64,000 nucleotides of DNA from Candidatus Poribacteria bacterium (GCA_965198235.1 OZ240248.1:768001-832000); one strand, 5' to 3'; positions 31,693 through 42,683 are shown, counted from the stretch's first letter. Notes: generated from the letters alone by a model not told the origin. Translations and numbers: made by a program.

Positions 31693-31989
31693 ATTTAATC
31701 GGTGTTTTTGTTTGGGGTTTCCCCAGATTTCTTCACCAATAGACTCTACAATTTAATTCCAGTTTCTGAAAGCACTTAATTCCGTTTTCTAAATCAAAAC
31801 TTGTAGTTCTGGTACAGACATTATCCTCACCAGAAGTGATGGATTTTTGTATGTTCTTTGTGCTAACTGCTTAATACTTCTTGAAAGTAAAAATAAATTG
31901 TGCTTTTCAATATACAACCTACGTTTTGTCAATACAGAACTGAATTCTCACAGACCGGAGCAGACTTCGTTCAACACGAAATAGGGCTA

Positions 31990-32361
31990 CTATGTATTCG
32001 AGGGTTTTTCCGCTTTCATCTTAAGAAATTCATAGAACTCGTAGAGCGTTTCCTTGTCTTTTTCCGTAAATTCCATCATCCCCTTGAACATAGCACTAAT
32101 CTTTGGGTCGGCTAAGAGGTCATCATAGCTTTTGTCGGCTTTTCCAAGTAGGTAATCGGTAGTGACTTTTAAAGCATCGGAAAGACTTGAAAGTGTTTTA
32201 AACGAGGGTTTTCGGGCTCCTGATTCAAATTGCGAGATCGCAGCAGGTGTTAGATTTGCCACCTTTGCAAGTTCTGTTTGTGTCAACTTCAATTCACGAC
32301 GACGCAGTTTTATACGTGAGACGACTTTATCTGTATTTGAGTCTCTTGATTCTCTGCCCAC
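31990..32361 (-). CDS. XRE-family HTH transcriptional regulator
   Basis: RIKLRRRELKLTQTELAKVANLTPAAISQFESGARKPS...TDYLLG. GTG start after AAGGAG. Confidence 0.92.
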   Translation of the reverse strand: MGRESRDSNTDKVVSRIKLRRRELKLTQTELAKVANLTPAAISQFESGARKPSFKTLSSLSDALKVTTDYLLGKADKSYDDLLADPKISAMFKGMMEFTEKDKETLYEFYEFLKMKAEKPSNT

Positions 32362-32541
32362 GTTAAGCTCCTTATTATTAAACAGCGAACTATTGTTATA
32401 ATACCGCTGAGTTTTCTTAAATTTCTTTAGCATCGCTGCAGCGTTGCAGTGAAATGTGGTTTTAAGGGAATTCTGCTTCAATGAGAGGCAAAAACGTGAA
32501 ATATATTTTAACCTAAAAAAGCCTTAAATGCAAATTTTAAT

Positions 32542-32571
32542 TTGACAAAAATTGCAATAATAATATACAAT
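32542..32571 (+). promoter_or_regulatory. Sigma70-type promoter for the giant FtsX operon
   Basis: TTGACA-18 bp-TACAAT in an AT-rich divergent intergenic region. Confidence 0.5.
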
Positions 32572-32886
32572 ATACATATTACTTTCTAAAATTACGCCAG
32601 TAGGCTCCGAAAACAGGAATCTATAGCGAAAAGCGACTACTTCATGATTTTCCGCGACACTTAAAAGAGACAGCATAAACGCGACCACCGAATCTAAAGA
32701 ACAACGGAGCTAACACGAAAAAAATAGAAAAAGATATATGAACCGCATTCCACTTTGTAAGAGTGATCGGATGCTAGGGGTATAATTTCTTTGCGCGCTG
32801 TTTTCCTGCGTATTCTCTCAGGGATACCCAAACGCGCTACAGAGGGAAAATCTGAAAAATCTGAAAAAGGCGGGAGACTTTACAAC

Positions 32887-35800
32887 ATGAAAATTCATAG
32901 TAGGCACGAGTGCAGCTTACGACGCTTCAGTGCACTAATAAATGTATTAATGTTTTTCCTTTCCGTTTTGCTTGTCACTGGGCAACTGCCCGATACTGCA
33001 TACGCGCAAACAGTTTCCAGTACTGGCATGAAATCTGCAGCCATTCAGATTCGGGATGACCTCTCTATTGGCAACATTCGAAAGGACATTGCACGCCTCT
33101 CAAGCCTCGACAGTCGGGTAACGGGCTATCCACAAGCTGCGAGTGGCAGCAAATACATTTTTGACCGTTTCGTCGAAATAGGCTTGCAAAACGTGGAAAG
33201 TCGCGAGTTCTCCGTCACTGTGCCGATCGACCACGGCGATAGCATCATTGAAGTACTCTCCCCAGAAGCCAACCTACTACATGCCTTTAAACTCACCCCA
33301 CTCTGGCCCAATCTTGTGCGGACCTCCCTGTTAGCAGACGGAATTAAACACACTGTGTTAGCAGGGGAAACACTTAAAGACATCGCAGAAAGTTACCAAG
33401 TTGATGAGACGACTATCCTTGCAGACGACCGGAACAAATTTCTGGCGACCCCAGTTGTCGAAGGAACCACCGTATTTATTCCAACAGGAGGTTTGTCTGG
33501 TCCCCTCCTTTACGGCGATGATGGCGAACTCGCCGATTTCAACGGCACCAACATTGGCGGATTTTGGCACAAGCTCCAAGATGGGGATACGCTCACAACG
33601 CTCGCTCGACGCTATCGTATCACCGAAGCCAGCATCACCGATGATATACTTAATGAACACCTGCAAAAAGCGTCCGATGGCATCGACAATGATGAGGATG
33701 GCACTATTGATGAATATGGCGAAATCCCCCAGCTTTCTGAAATCTTAGGGTGGGGAACAGATGGTATTGACAACGATGCAGATGGCTGGACAGACGAAAT
33801 TCCGGGGGACGACACTGATGAAATTGATAACGACAACGATGGACAAGTCGATGAATCCGGCGAGTTTATCGCCGCGAGTGAATCACATATCTTTATCCCG
33901 AAAGGGGCGATAGTCCTTCTCGATTTTAACTCCAGTACTCGTTATATCAATGCGGCAATGCTCGGTGGCACTGCCGTTATCTTTATCCAACCCGAAACAA
34001 CCATCCGAGGTGAAGCAGAAAATAAGTTCGGTACCGTCCCTGCTAATATACCACGATTTTGGATCTCCAAAGAAGATGCTGCTGTCCTAACCAATTTGTT
34101 GGAAGAACAACAGGCTCAGGGGAATCAAGTTAATGTTCGTGTCAGAGGTAAGATGACTTGGGAACGCCGCGTCGGGCAAAATATACGTGGGTTTTTGGAG
34201 GGTGGAGACCCGACCTTACGTGATGAACTCATCATTCTCACAGCTTATTACGACTCCATGTCTGTCGTCCCCGCAATGGCACCCGGTGCTGATCCAACTT
34301 GCGGTATCGCGACCCTCATGGAACTCGCGCGCCTTTTTAGTCAACCCCAATATCGGCCCGGCTATTCTGTTCTGCTTGTTGCAGTTGATGGACACTTCCA
34401 AGGGCTTGCGGGTATGCGCGCCTTCATGGAAGGCATTGGACAAGATATTGTCGGTTCTGCCACCAATTCACCCGGTACACCAACGATGCACGGACTTCGC
34501 CGTGGACTCTCTACAGATGTCATCGAATTTGAAGAATTGGGCAGAAGGCTTCTGCTCTCCATTGACCGGAGCGTCCTCGTCGATCTCCCTGCTGACTTTT
34601 TCCACGGTATACACAACGTAAAGTCTGACTTAGACTCCCTCACAACCACACTGGATGGCTTGGCAAAAACACGGTCTGAGATTGAATCTCTTACAGAGCA
34701 ACAGCGGGACTTTTCAGAACGCCAGAAGAAGCAGACAGATAGGAATCGAAAACGTGAAAAGCAAGGCTTCACAGGTGAAGAGAAGAGTCGTTTGTTAGCA
34801 AATCTTGCCCGCTCGAAGAAAGAGGCTCTGCAAACGACACATTTCCTCCGAGATATTGTCAGCAGGTTAGCTGAGGTTCGTGCCGTTGCACTCAACACGA
34901 GCCGATCCGCGCAGCGCGAATTAATCGAAACGCTTGGACTACCGATTGCCCGTCTTGACACATGGGCGGTACAGAAACTCACTCACGCTATAGAGACCGG
35001 TAACACCGACGAATATGGTACGCACCCAAATGATTCCTACCTTATTCCGGTGCAACAAGGTTCAGACTGGCAAGCCCTAACACCGGAAGACCTTCCACAA
35101 GAACTCGTCCCTGATATTGAGATGCTTAACAAAACCCTCGCAAACTGGGAGATGAGCGACAAACGCAAATTTGCGCTGATATGGACTCCCGAGAAAATAC
35201 TCGACCGGCATCTTGATTTACACTCACTCAACAAAGCGAAAGAAGCACGCAGTGTTTTACGAAATGCCAACGACTCCCAAGAAGTCGCGATCCAGCGAGA
35301 GAACCAGTTACTTGAAAAGGTTCTGGCACAAATACCTGACAGCCAACCCGTTGAAGATGAGATTAAAGGCAGCATTCGGCAACTCAAGGAAACGCCGATG
35401 GGGAAACCAAGCGGGGATTCTCTGATTTATGGCGGTAAGTTTTTGTCGAAAGCCGGGATAGAACGCCTTAACACTATTGATACCCAACTTCGACAGCGAT
35501 TAAACGAATCTGAAGACACCGTTGATGCTGCTATATTGATAGCCGATCTTCTCAAAGACAAACAAAGTATCTTTGAAATTGCCCTCCGCAACGCCCGATT
35601 GGAACGAACGCGTATCCAGAATTTGATCGCAACAGCCGGAACGTTAGGTCGGGAATACTTGGATGAAGAACGTCTCATTTTGGAAAACTACCTATCAGAT
35701 GATGAAGTCGAACAGGCACTTTCGTTGCGCTCCCGCATCTCATCACACATTAACGAAAAAGAACTGTTAGGGATCGTCAAAAAACGTGCGGACACAGACA

Positions 35801-38800
35801 TCGTAGCACTTGAAAATCTCGTTGAACGGTTACCCACATTAGATACCGATTTGGATGAAGAGACTAAAGTGCTCCTACGCGATAATATGCTGACGCTCCG
35901 AAACGCACGCTTCCGTAACATCCAGAGTCGCATTGAAAAGATGTTGCGCATTGACACCGACGAATACAATCGAAAACTCGGACAGATCGAGGCGGCTATC
36001 GCACTTCAAGACCTATTCAACCGGTATTATACCTCCCTCTATATTAGTATTGACTTCTCCTCACAATCAAATCAGTTCGGGGTGTTCAACAAGGGATGGT
36101 TCTACGATCAGCAACCCGAATTTGTATTACGTCGCGAGTTCGCAAGCATCGGCAATAAGCTTGCCGCTTACGCCGAAGATGCTGATTTCGGTGTCCGTGT
36201 CCGGAAACTCTGGCAGTGGACAGATGACCAAATTCGACAAGCCGTTATGGCAAGCCAATGGACGGTTGCAAACGGGATCTCTGATAAAGCAGCTCTTGAA
36301 GGGAAGACACTTGAAACGTTACTGAGCGCGCACTTCGACAAACTCACCGGTCTCAGCGGGGTGAGCCGACTGATGAAAATGCAGTTTGAACAGTGGCGTA
36401 ATCAAGGTGAACCCTCCGAGGATATGCTCAAGGATATGGACTATATCCGCAAAGAGGTCGAGCGTTTCATCCGAAATGATGTCCGCACTGCGAAGAAAAA
36501 TCGAAAGAATAATATCCGTACACGTGAGCAGCTGGACGCAATGCTACAGCTTCGATACGAAGACCCAGACACCTTTTCCGACGAAGAAATTGAGGATATC
36601 AAAACTCTTATTTCAATCGCGGGACTTGGGGGTGAGTCAAATTTCGTTAACGCCATCTCCGCAAGTGGCGGAAAGACTTGGAAAACCTATATCCCCGGTA
36701 AAATTGCTTTTGACAGTGAGGTCGCAACGCTTGTCGGAAAAACCGGAATCGCTTTTGCAACTATCGAAGATGCACGTGTCTTAACGGACACACCCCTCGA
36801 TACGATTGAACGCGTTGACTTGCGCGAAGGCGGTAATCTTCATCAGCAAGCACAGACATTGGCATCGTTACTCATCCAAGCACTTCGGGACGAAGAAATG
36901 CCTACCGCCGCACGCGTCGGGAATTTCTACTGCAACCTCTTTGGGGATGTCGTTGAATTTGACGCACGCGAGTCCGCACTACCGAATAAACCGGTACCTT
37001 ATCCCATCTTGACTCTCCGCAGGAAAAACAAAACCATGATGGGTGTCCGTGGGGACCTGTTTGTGATGGGCGATAACAAGGGCAACTTTGAGGTTGCCGG
37101 GTTAGCTATGGAAGGTAGAGCCACACGACGTCTCAAGGGGAAACAAGAAGTCGAAGCATATATTCTCGATCAAGATTCTGGAGATATCATCTACGCACCT
37201 GATTTAGGGAATTACGGTGCCAAGCTGCTTCCTAATGAAATTCCCATCAATACTCGTAGACGGGGTTGTCGGGTCGTCACATTTCCGTGCGTATCTACAA
37301 CTATCTACGACTTGGTGGATCAGCGGTACCTACGGACCTTGCGGGAACTCGAAGTCTATGATGCACTCACCGATAGCGCGCCGGAGAAGTTCGGGATGTC
37401 CAAACCGTGGCAGCAGCAAGGTGTGTCCGCAGCCGAGCCCATCGCTCTCGTGTATAGTAAGCCTAACACCCGCATTAAAATTGGGATGGCATACGGACAG
37501 ATCGGTAAACGACTCCTACTCATCAAAGCAACTAAGAGTGGTATGAAGAACCCGACGCTTTATACTGGTGAGGGGTTTGTCGTCCGCGAAAACGGACAAA
37601 TTCGCCTCACTCCATACGTCGTTGTCCGGGATATGTGGTGGCTCGATGAGAACCGCTCACGACTTTATAAACGGTTTGGTATCTCCAGCGACCGGCTTGA
37701 TAAACTCCATCAATTTGCGAATGATTATCTCGCACGAGCAGAGATTGAATTACTCCAAAAGGACTATCAACAAGCACTCAAACTCGCGCGTGCCGCGTGG
37801 GGCTACGAATCACGTGCATATCCGGATGTCAAACAGACCGGTAATGATGTCGTTAACGGTGTAATGTTCTATCTCGCTTTACTGATGCCGTTCGCGTACT
37901 TTATGGAGCGGCTCATTTTCGGTTTCCCAAATATCCACAAGCAGATTTTGGGATCGTTCGGCATCTTTTTACTTGTATTCTTCTTCCTAAGCCAAGTTCA
38001 CCCCGCATTCCAGATCGCGACTACACCTGTGATTATTTTGATCTCGTTCGTAGTGCTTGCATTGACGGTTATCGTCATCAGTATCATTGTCCGAAAATTC
38101 GAGGAGCAACTCGAAAAGATCCGGCAAGAAGGAAGTAAGGTTTATAAAGCAGATGTCGGCAGATTGAGTGCAAGTGCCGCCGCATTTAGTTTAGGTATCT
38201 CCAACATGCGGAAACGGAAAGGACGGACGATCCTGACATGTTGTACGTTGGTAATCCTGACATTTACTGTTATCTCGTTCACTTCTGTGCGAACGTTTAT
38301 GCACCCGAATAGAACAAGCCTCCCGCAAGTGACACCGCGCTATACGGGACTTCTTATCCGCGACCAGTACTGGCGCCCGCTTGAGGAACCCGTGCTCACC
38401 TCCGTGCTAAATGACATGCAAAAGACGCAGATCACACTTACCGCCTTAGAACGACTTTTGGCACGTAAGAACGAACTCTTAACCAAGCAAAGGCAACAAT
38501 CGATTGACATCACAGAAGCACGCAGGGCTTTAGAAGAGGGTGGCTTCATTGAACAAGTAGAGGAAAACCCCGTCTTGATCGTCCGGAATGTCGTCGCACC
38601 GCGCGCATGGTATCAATCCTCAGGAACTGGCGACCAATCGTTTGTCCAACTCACACGTACCTCAAACGTAGCAGATCCATCGCCTCCGACCCACCAACTC
38701 ACGGGTGAAGCGTTGACTTTCGCCGCAAACATGCTCGTGGGTATGAACGAATCCGAACCCGGTGTCAGCGGTATCGACAGATACCTCCAATACGGAAAAT

Positions 38801-40215
38801 GGTTCAACCCTGTAGACGCCGACGAATGGCCAACAGAATGGCCCTACGCCATCGTGTTGCCTAAAGGGATGGCAGAGTTGCTTAAGATCACCGAAAGCGA
38901 TATGGGCAAAGCCACCGTTTCTGTTTACGGCGCCGACTTCACCGTCGTCGGTGTCCTCGGTATCGGTTTCAAGGACCTCACCGATAACGATGGTGAAGAA
39001 CTTACACCCGTCGATTATCAGTTGATGCAACAGCAGCGGAGCCGCGGTGCCACTGGCGATGAGACACTTGAAGGTGAATTACAGAAGTACCTCCATCTCA
39101 CACCAGACAGCGTCGCCATCCTGCCATACGAGGTGGTCATGAATCAAGGAGGCACGCTTCGAAGCGTTGCTGTTAACATGGAACCGAGAGAGGGTGACCC
39201 GAAACTATTAGGTGCAACAGATAAGTTGGACCTCATCATGGCACCGCTCATGAACCGTATTGCCCTTGACTTCTTTGTCGGGCGCGATAAAGATACATAC
39301 CTCTACAGTAGTATCGGAATGACGAGTTTTAGTGGTATGGGCAACTTGTTTGTACCGATCCTGATCGCGGCTCTTATCGTCCTTAACACCATGCTTGGAG
39401 CCGTTTATGAACGGGTACGTGAAATCGGTATTTACAGTTCTGTCGGGCTCGCGCCTGTGCATATCGCCTTCCTTTTCCTTGCGGAGGCATGCGTATACGC
39501 CATCGTTGGTGCGGTGTTAGGCTATCTCATGGGACAAGCGATAGCGACAACCCTCGTGAATTTCGGCTGGCTTGCTGGGCTGACGCTCAATTACTCGTCA
39601 ATGTCAACCGTTGTTGCGACGATTATTGTCATGGCTGTAGTGCTGCTGAGTACACTGTATCCAGCGATCAAAGCCTCACGGATGGCGGTCCCTGATATCG
39701 AACGTAAGTGGAAACTCCCGGAACCTGAAGGTGACGTATGGCATTTCAACCTGCCCTTCACCGTCCTTGAAGAAGAGGCACTCGGTCTGAACGTCTTTAT
39801 GCGGGATTATTTTGAGGCACATGCAGACGAATCCGCCAGTGATTTCTATACAGATCAGGTTGCTTTCAGCCGAGCGGAAATCGAAGATTCCTACCAGATC
39901 GGGATGATGGTATGGCTGGCACCTTACGACTTGGGCGTGAGTCAGTCTATTCAGTTTGTTACATCCCCAGTCGGTGGTGAAGAAGAGGATCTCTACAAAA
40001 TCACATTGGATGTGCACCGCGAGAGTGGTGAGATTGCCTCTTGGAAGCGGGTCAACCGGCGTTTCCTCAATCTGCTGCGGAAACAACTTCTGATTTGGCG
40101 GACATTCAGTGTCGATATCCGGGCAGAGTTCCATGAACGTGGCAGAACTGAGGGCACTGACACACCGACAGAAGAAGCAGGACAGATGGACCCAGTACCG
40201 ACACCCGCGGATTAA
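32887..40215 (+). CDS. Giant membrane protein: signal, M28-peptidase-like/PA region with 2 LysM and 3 DxxDNDxDGxxDE repeats, coiled-coil inserts, C-terminal MacB/FtsX permease
   Basis: M28-like motifs SRVTGYP, ILTAYYDS..PGAD...GIATLMELAR and DGHFQGLAG. LysM motifs HTVLAGETLKDIAESY and HKLQDGDTLTTLARRY. FtsX motifs ISNMRKRKGRTILT and NTMLGAVYERVREIGIYSSVG. Confidence 0.85.
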   Translation: MKIHSRHECSLRRFSALINVLMFFLSVLLVTGQLPDTAYAQTVSSTGMKSAAIQIRDDLSIGNIRKDIARLSSLDSRVTGYPQAASGSKYIFDRFVEIGLQNVESREFSVTVPIDHGDSIIEVLSPEANLLHAFKLTPLWPNLVRTSLLADGIKHTVLAGETLKDIAESYQVDETTILADDRNKFLATPVVEGTTVFIPTGGLSGPLLYGDDGELADFNGTNIGGFWHKLQDGDTLTTLARRYRITEASITDDILNEHLQKASDGIDNDEDGTIDEYGEIPQLSEILGWGTDGIDNDADGWTDEIPGDDTDEIDNDNDGQVDESGEFIAASESHIFIPKGAIVLLDFNSSTRYINAAMLGGTAVIFIQPETTIRGEAENKFGTVPANIPRFWISKEDAAVLTNLLEEQQAQGNQVNVRVRGKMTWERRVGQNIRGFLEGGDPTLRDELIILTAYYDSMSVVPAMAPGADPTCGIATLMELARLFSQPQYRPGYSVLLVAVDGHFQGLAGMRAFMEGIGQDIVGSATNSPGTPTMHGLRRGLSTDVIEFEELGRRLLLSIDRSVLVDLPADFFHGIHNVKSDLDSLTTTLDGLAKTRSEIESLTEQQRDFSERQKKQTDRNRKREKQGFTGEEKSRLLANLARSKKEALQTTHFLRDIVSRLAEVRAVALNTSRSAQRELIETLGLPIARLDTWAVQKLTHAIETGNTDEYGTHPNDSYLIPVQQGSDWQALTPEDLPQELVPDIEMLNKTLANWEMSDKRKFALIWTPEKILDRHLDLHSLNKAKEARSVLRNANDSQEVAIQRENQLLEKVLAQIPDSQPVEDEIKGSIRQLKETPMGKPSGDSLIYGGKFLSKAGIERLNTIDTQLRQRLNESEDTVDAAILIADLLKDKQSIFEIALRNARLERTRIQNLIATAGTLGREYLDEERLILENYLSDDEVEQALSLRSRISSHINEKELLGIVKKRADTDIVALENLVERLPTLDTDLDEETKVLLRDNMLTLRNARFRNIQSRIEKMLRIDTDEYNRKLGQIEAAIALQDLFNRYYTSLYISIDFSSQSNQFGVFNKGWFYDQQPEFVLRREFASIGNKLAAYAEDADFGVRVRKLWQWTDDQIRQAVMASQWTVANGISDKAALEGKTLETLLSAHFDKLTGLSGVSRLMKMQFEQWRNQGEPSEDMLKDMDYIRKEVERFIRNDVRTAKKNRKNNIRTREQLDAMLQLRYEDPDTFSDEEIEDIKTLISIAGLGGESNFVNAISASGGKTWKTYIPGKIAFDSEVATLVGKTGIAFATIEDARVLTDTPLDTIERVDLREGGNLHQQAQTLASLLIQALRDEEMPTAARVGNFYCNLFGDVVEFDARESALPNKPVPYPILTLRRKNKTMMGVRGDLFVMGDNKGNFEVAGLAMEGRATRRLKGKQEVEAYILDQDSGDIIYAPDLGNYGAKLLPNEIPINTRRRGCRVVTFPCVSTTIYDLVDQRYLRTLRELEVYDALTDSAPEKFGMSKPWQQQGVSAAEPIALVYSKPNTRIKIGMAYGQIGKRLLLIKATKSGMKNPTLYTGEGFVVRENGQIRLTPYVVVRDMWWLDENRSRLYKRFGISSDRLDKLHQFANDYLARAEIELLQKDYQQALKLARAAWGYESRAYPDVKQTGNDVVNGVMFYLALLMPFAYFMERLIFGFPNIHKQILGSFGIFLLVFFFLSQVHPAFQIATTPVIILISFVVLALTVIVISIIVRKFEEQLEKIRQEGSKVYKADVGRLSASAAAFSLGISNMRKRKGRTILTCCTLVILTFTVISFTSVRTFMHPNRTSLPQVTPRYTGLLIRDQYWRPLEEPVLTSVLNDMQKTQITLTALERLLARKNELLTKQRQQSIDITEARRALEEGGFIEQVEENPVLIVRNVVAPRAWYQSSGTGDQSFVQLTRTSNVADPSPPTHQLTGEALTFAANMLVGMNESEPGVSGIDRYLQYGKWFNPVDADEWPTEWPYAIVLPKGMAELLKITESDMGKATVSVYGADFTVVGVLGIGFKDLTDNDGEELTPVDYQLMQQQRSRGATGDETLEGELQKYLHLTPDSVAILPYEVVMNQGGTLRSVAVNMEPREGDPKLLGATDKLDLIMAPLMNRIALDFFVGRDKDTYLYSSIGMTSFSGMGNLFVPILIAALIVLNTMLGAVYERVREIGIYSSVGLAPVHIAFLFLAEACVYAIVGAVLGYLMGQAIATTLVNFGWLAGLTLNYSSMSTVVATIIVMAVVLLSTLYPAIKASRMAVPDIERKWKLPEPEGDVWHFNLPFTVLEEEALGLNVFMRDYFEAHADESASDFYTDQVAFSRAEIEDSYQIGMMVWLAPYDLGVSQSIQFVTSPVGGEEEDLYKITLDVHRESGEIASWKRVNRRFLNLLRKQLLIWRTFSVDIRAEFHERGRTEGTDTPTEEAGQMDPVPTPAD

Positions 40216-40218
40216 GAT

Positions 40219-40350
40219 TTTCTAATTATTAAAATCTGGTCATCGTTCCACTACGTTTCACGATGGTTTTCGGTTAATTCTAACCGCAACTTCACCAGAC
40301 ATCTGCCCGAAACGAAGTGGAGGGCAGCTCAGAGGCACATAGTTAAAAAA
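40219..40350 (-). repeat. Complete palindromic element; inverted copy of 62598-62754
   Basis: The reverse complement TTTTTAACTATGTGCCTCTGAGCTGCCCTCCACTTCGTTTCGGGCAGAT...AAAACCATCGTGAAACGTAGTGGAACGATG matches both arms of the 62.6-kb copy. Confidence 0.8.
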
Positions 40351-40538
40351 TGGAAAAAGTAGCAAGCCTTATTATCATCATCGGCACCTTCTTATGGCTG
40401 TTCAGCGTTTTCGCCCTCGAAGGGCGTTGGCAATGGCAGATGTTCTCAGCCCTCGTGCTGGCGGTTGGTATTTTCTGGGCGCATTTCTGGGAAGAACTAC
40501 GAAACACCGATAACACCGAAGAATCAGACGAAGAGTGA
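40350..40538 (+). CDS. Small two-TM membrane protein with acidic tail
   Basis: 62 aa with two hydrophobic helices. Co-oriented inside the operon. Confidence 0.6.
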   Translation: MEKVASLIIIIGTFLWLFSVFALEGRWQWQMFSALVLAVGIFWAHFWEELRNTDNTEESDEE

Positions 40539-40694
40539 CGGACGAACAGAAGACCTGTAGGGTTGGAAGGTCTTTAGGAGTGCCACACGGGCAGTCCTCA
40601 TAGACTGATACAGAGCGAGACCGGAAAATGCCGACCAACCCCCCTTCCCAGTAACGGGTGGGGACCCCTGTCAAAAGAAAGGAGAACATTCAAT

Positions 40695-42683
40695 TTGGCG
40701 AGAGAAAGAGTATCACAAGCAGATGAATGGCAAGCTTGGGCACAGCGATACGACATTGAAGGCGGTATTCGTACCTTTGAGTCGGGGCTAACAGTTAAGG
40801 TGTTTGTTGGAGCACTTTTCGTTGGCTTACTGATGATGCCAGGTTCCATCTATCTCAGTTATGTATCGGGTGAATCCGGTGCTGGTGCAGCACCTTGGGT
40901 TGCCGTTATTCTATTCACCGAACTCGCGCGGCGTTCCTTTACAACTGCCCGACGACAGGAGCTTTATATGCTCCTCGGGTTAACAGGCGCAGCTGTTGGA
41001 AGTGGGCTCCAGTACCGGAACTTTATCTGGTACGCCTACTTTATCAATACCCCGCAGGCAGCTTCTTATGAAATCGCAGACAAAATCCCAGATTGGATCG
41101 TACCTGCAGGTGATTCTGTCGGCGTACTCACGCGAAGTCTGATACATCCGGACTGGTTTCTGCCTATCGGTATCTACCTCGTAGGAAAACTGCTGGGGAC
41201 ACTGCGATTTGTCAGTGGACAGTATATTCTGTTTCGGCTTACGGCAGACCTTGAACGACTCCCATATCCGATGGCACCGATTAGTGCCCAAGGGGCAACC
41301 GCACTCGCAGAAACGACAGGTAAAGAAGAGACCTGGCGATGGCGCGTTTTCTCCATCGGTTCTATGGCAGGACTTATCTGGGGGTTCCTCTATATCGGTG
41401 TGCCTTCGCTCACCGGTGTTATGATGAGCCAGCCGATTCAGATCCTGAAGATCCCGTGGATAGATTTCACACAGAGTATTGAAGGTTTCGCACCAACAGG
41501 TGTTTTCGCCTTCCGAACCGATTTTGGACAGATGCTCATTGGGTTCGTGATGCCGTTCCCGATTATCATGACAGAGTTTATCACGGCGATGGCATCGCAA
41601 TTTATTTTGAATCCACAAATTCTGTACCGCTACGAGATTCTTCATCAGTGGACCCCGGGTTTAGATGTCCGTGGTGTCGGCTTGTTCAACGGACTGGATT
41701 TCTGGATTAGTTACGGTATGGGGAAATCCTTTAGCCTTGCGCTCGTTGGAATGGCAGCTTCAATCCCGATGCTCGTTAAACTACGGAAATCCCAGAAAAC
41801 CGCAGGCGAACGCGGTTCCTTCGCGACCCCTCCGAACCGTGGCGATTTCCCAATCTGGTTGATGGGATTAATGTGGTTCATCGGTATGGCTGGATTCATA
41901 TGGCTCATCCATTGGATGGTTCCTAACTTCCCCTTGAGTTTCCTGATAGGCTACGCATTTCTGTACACGCCAATTAATTCGTATATTACCGCACGAACCT
42001 TTGGGGTCTTGGGGCGCGATCTCTTTGAAATACCGTATCTACACGAAATTACCTTTATTTTGAGCCGATACGAAGAGGTAGACATTTGGTTCGCACCACT
42101 CCCAGACGAAGATTATGGACGTGGCACCCAGAATTGGCGAGTCCTTGAATTGACAGGGACGACCTTCACTTCAAATCTCGCTGGCACACTGCTGATTATG
42201 CCGATTTTGCTTGTCAGTGGAATTGTGGTGCTTCACTTTATCTGGAAGATTGCCCCTATTCCGAGTGCACAGTATCCGTTTGCACAGATGATGTGGCCCA
42301 TTAACGCCACAAATGAATGTCTCTGGAAAACGTCGCTTCGGGATGGAAACAGCCAAATGCTTCAAGCGATTCGGGGTGATTACGTCGCCGCCGGATTTAC
42401 GTCAAGCCTCGCAATCTACGGGATGTTGTGGGTATTTAAACTACCCTCAATGTGGTACTACGGAATTATCGGTGGTATCGGCGCAGATCCGGGGGGCATG
42501 GTTGCACGGCTACTTGGTGCGATCATTGGACGGTTCTACATGATTAAGCGATTCGGGATGCGGCGTTGGTATATGTTCAACCCGGTCCTTGCAGCAGGAT
42601 TTGCCTGCGGGGTTGGCCTCATCGGCATGGGAACTGTAGCAATTGCCCTTGTTTCTAAAGCCGTAATCGTCAAACCGTTTTAA
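40695..42683 (+). CDS. OPT-superfamily-like ('peptide transporter') multi-TM protein
   Basis: TTG start after AAGGAG. Motifs FESGLTVKVFVGALFVGLLMMPGSIYL, WVAVILFTELARR and ERLPYPMAPISAQGATALAE. About 16 TM segments. Confidence 0.75.
   Translation: MARERVSQADEWQAWAQRYDIEGGIRTFESGLTVKVFVGALFVGLLMMPGSIYLSYVSGESGAGAAPWVAVILFTELARRSFTTARRQELYMLLGLTGAAVGSGLQYRNFIWYAYFINTPQAASYEIADKIPDWIVPAGDSVGVLTRSLIHPDWFLPIGIYLVGKLLGTLRFVSGQYILFRLTADLERLPYPMAPISAQGATALAETTGKEETWRWRVFSIGSMAGLIWGFLYIGVPSLTGVMMSQPIQILKIPWIDFTQSIEGFAPTGVFAFRTDFGQMLIGFVMPFPIIMTEFITAMASQFILNPQILYRYEILHQWTPGLDVRGVGLFNGLDFWISYGMGKSFSLALVGMAASIPMLVKLRKSQKTAGERGSFATPPNRGDFPIWLMGLMWFIGMAGFIWLIHWMVPNFPLSFLIGYAFLYTPINSYITARTFGVLGRDLFEIPYLHEITFILSRYEEVDIWFAPLPDEDYGRGTQNWRVLELTGTTFTSNLAGTLLIMPILLVSGIVVLHFIWKIAPIPSAQYPFAQMMWPINATNECLWKTSLRDGNSQMLQAIRGDYVAAGFTSSLAIYGMLWVFKLPSMWYYGIIGGIGADPGGMVARLLGAIIGRFYMIKRFGMRRWYMFNPVLAAGFACGVGLIGMGTVAIALVSKAVIVKPF

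Noticed and set aside
31990-32361. Prophage repressor marking a prophage
   Set aside because: No integrase, structural or replication phage genes flank it.
33676-36630. Intein explaining the giant size of the FtsX fusion
   Set aside because: No C/S-start...HN-C/S/T splice motifs or LAGLIDADG blocks were seen. The inserts look like LysM, acidic repeats and coiled coil.
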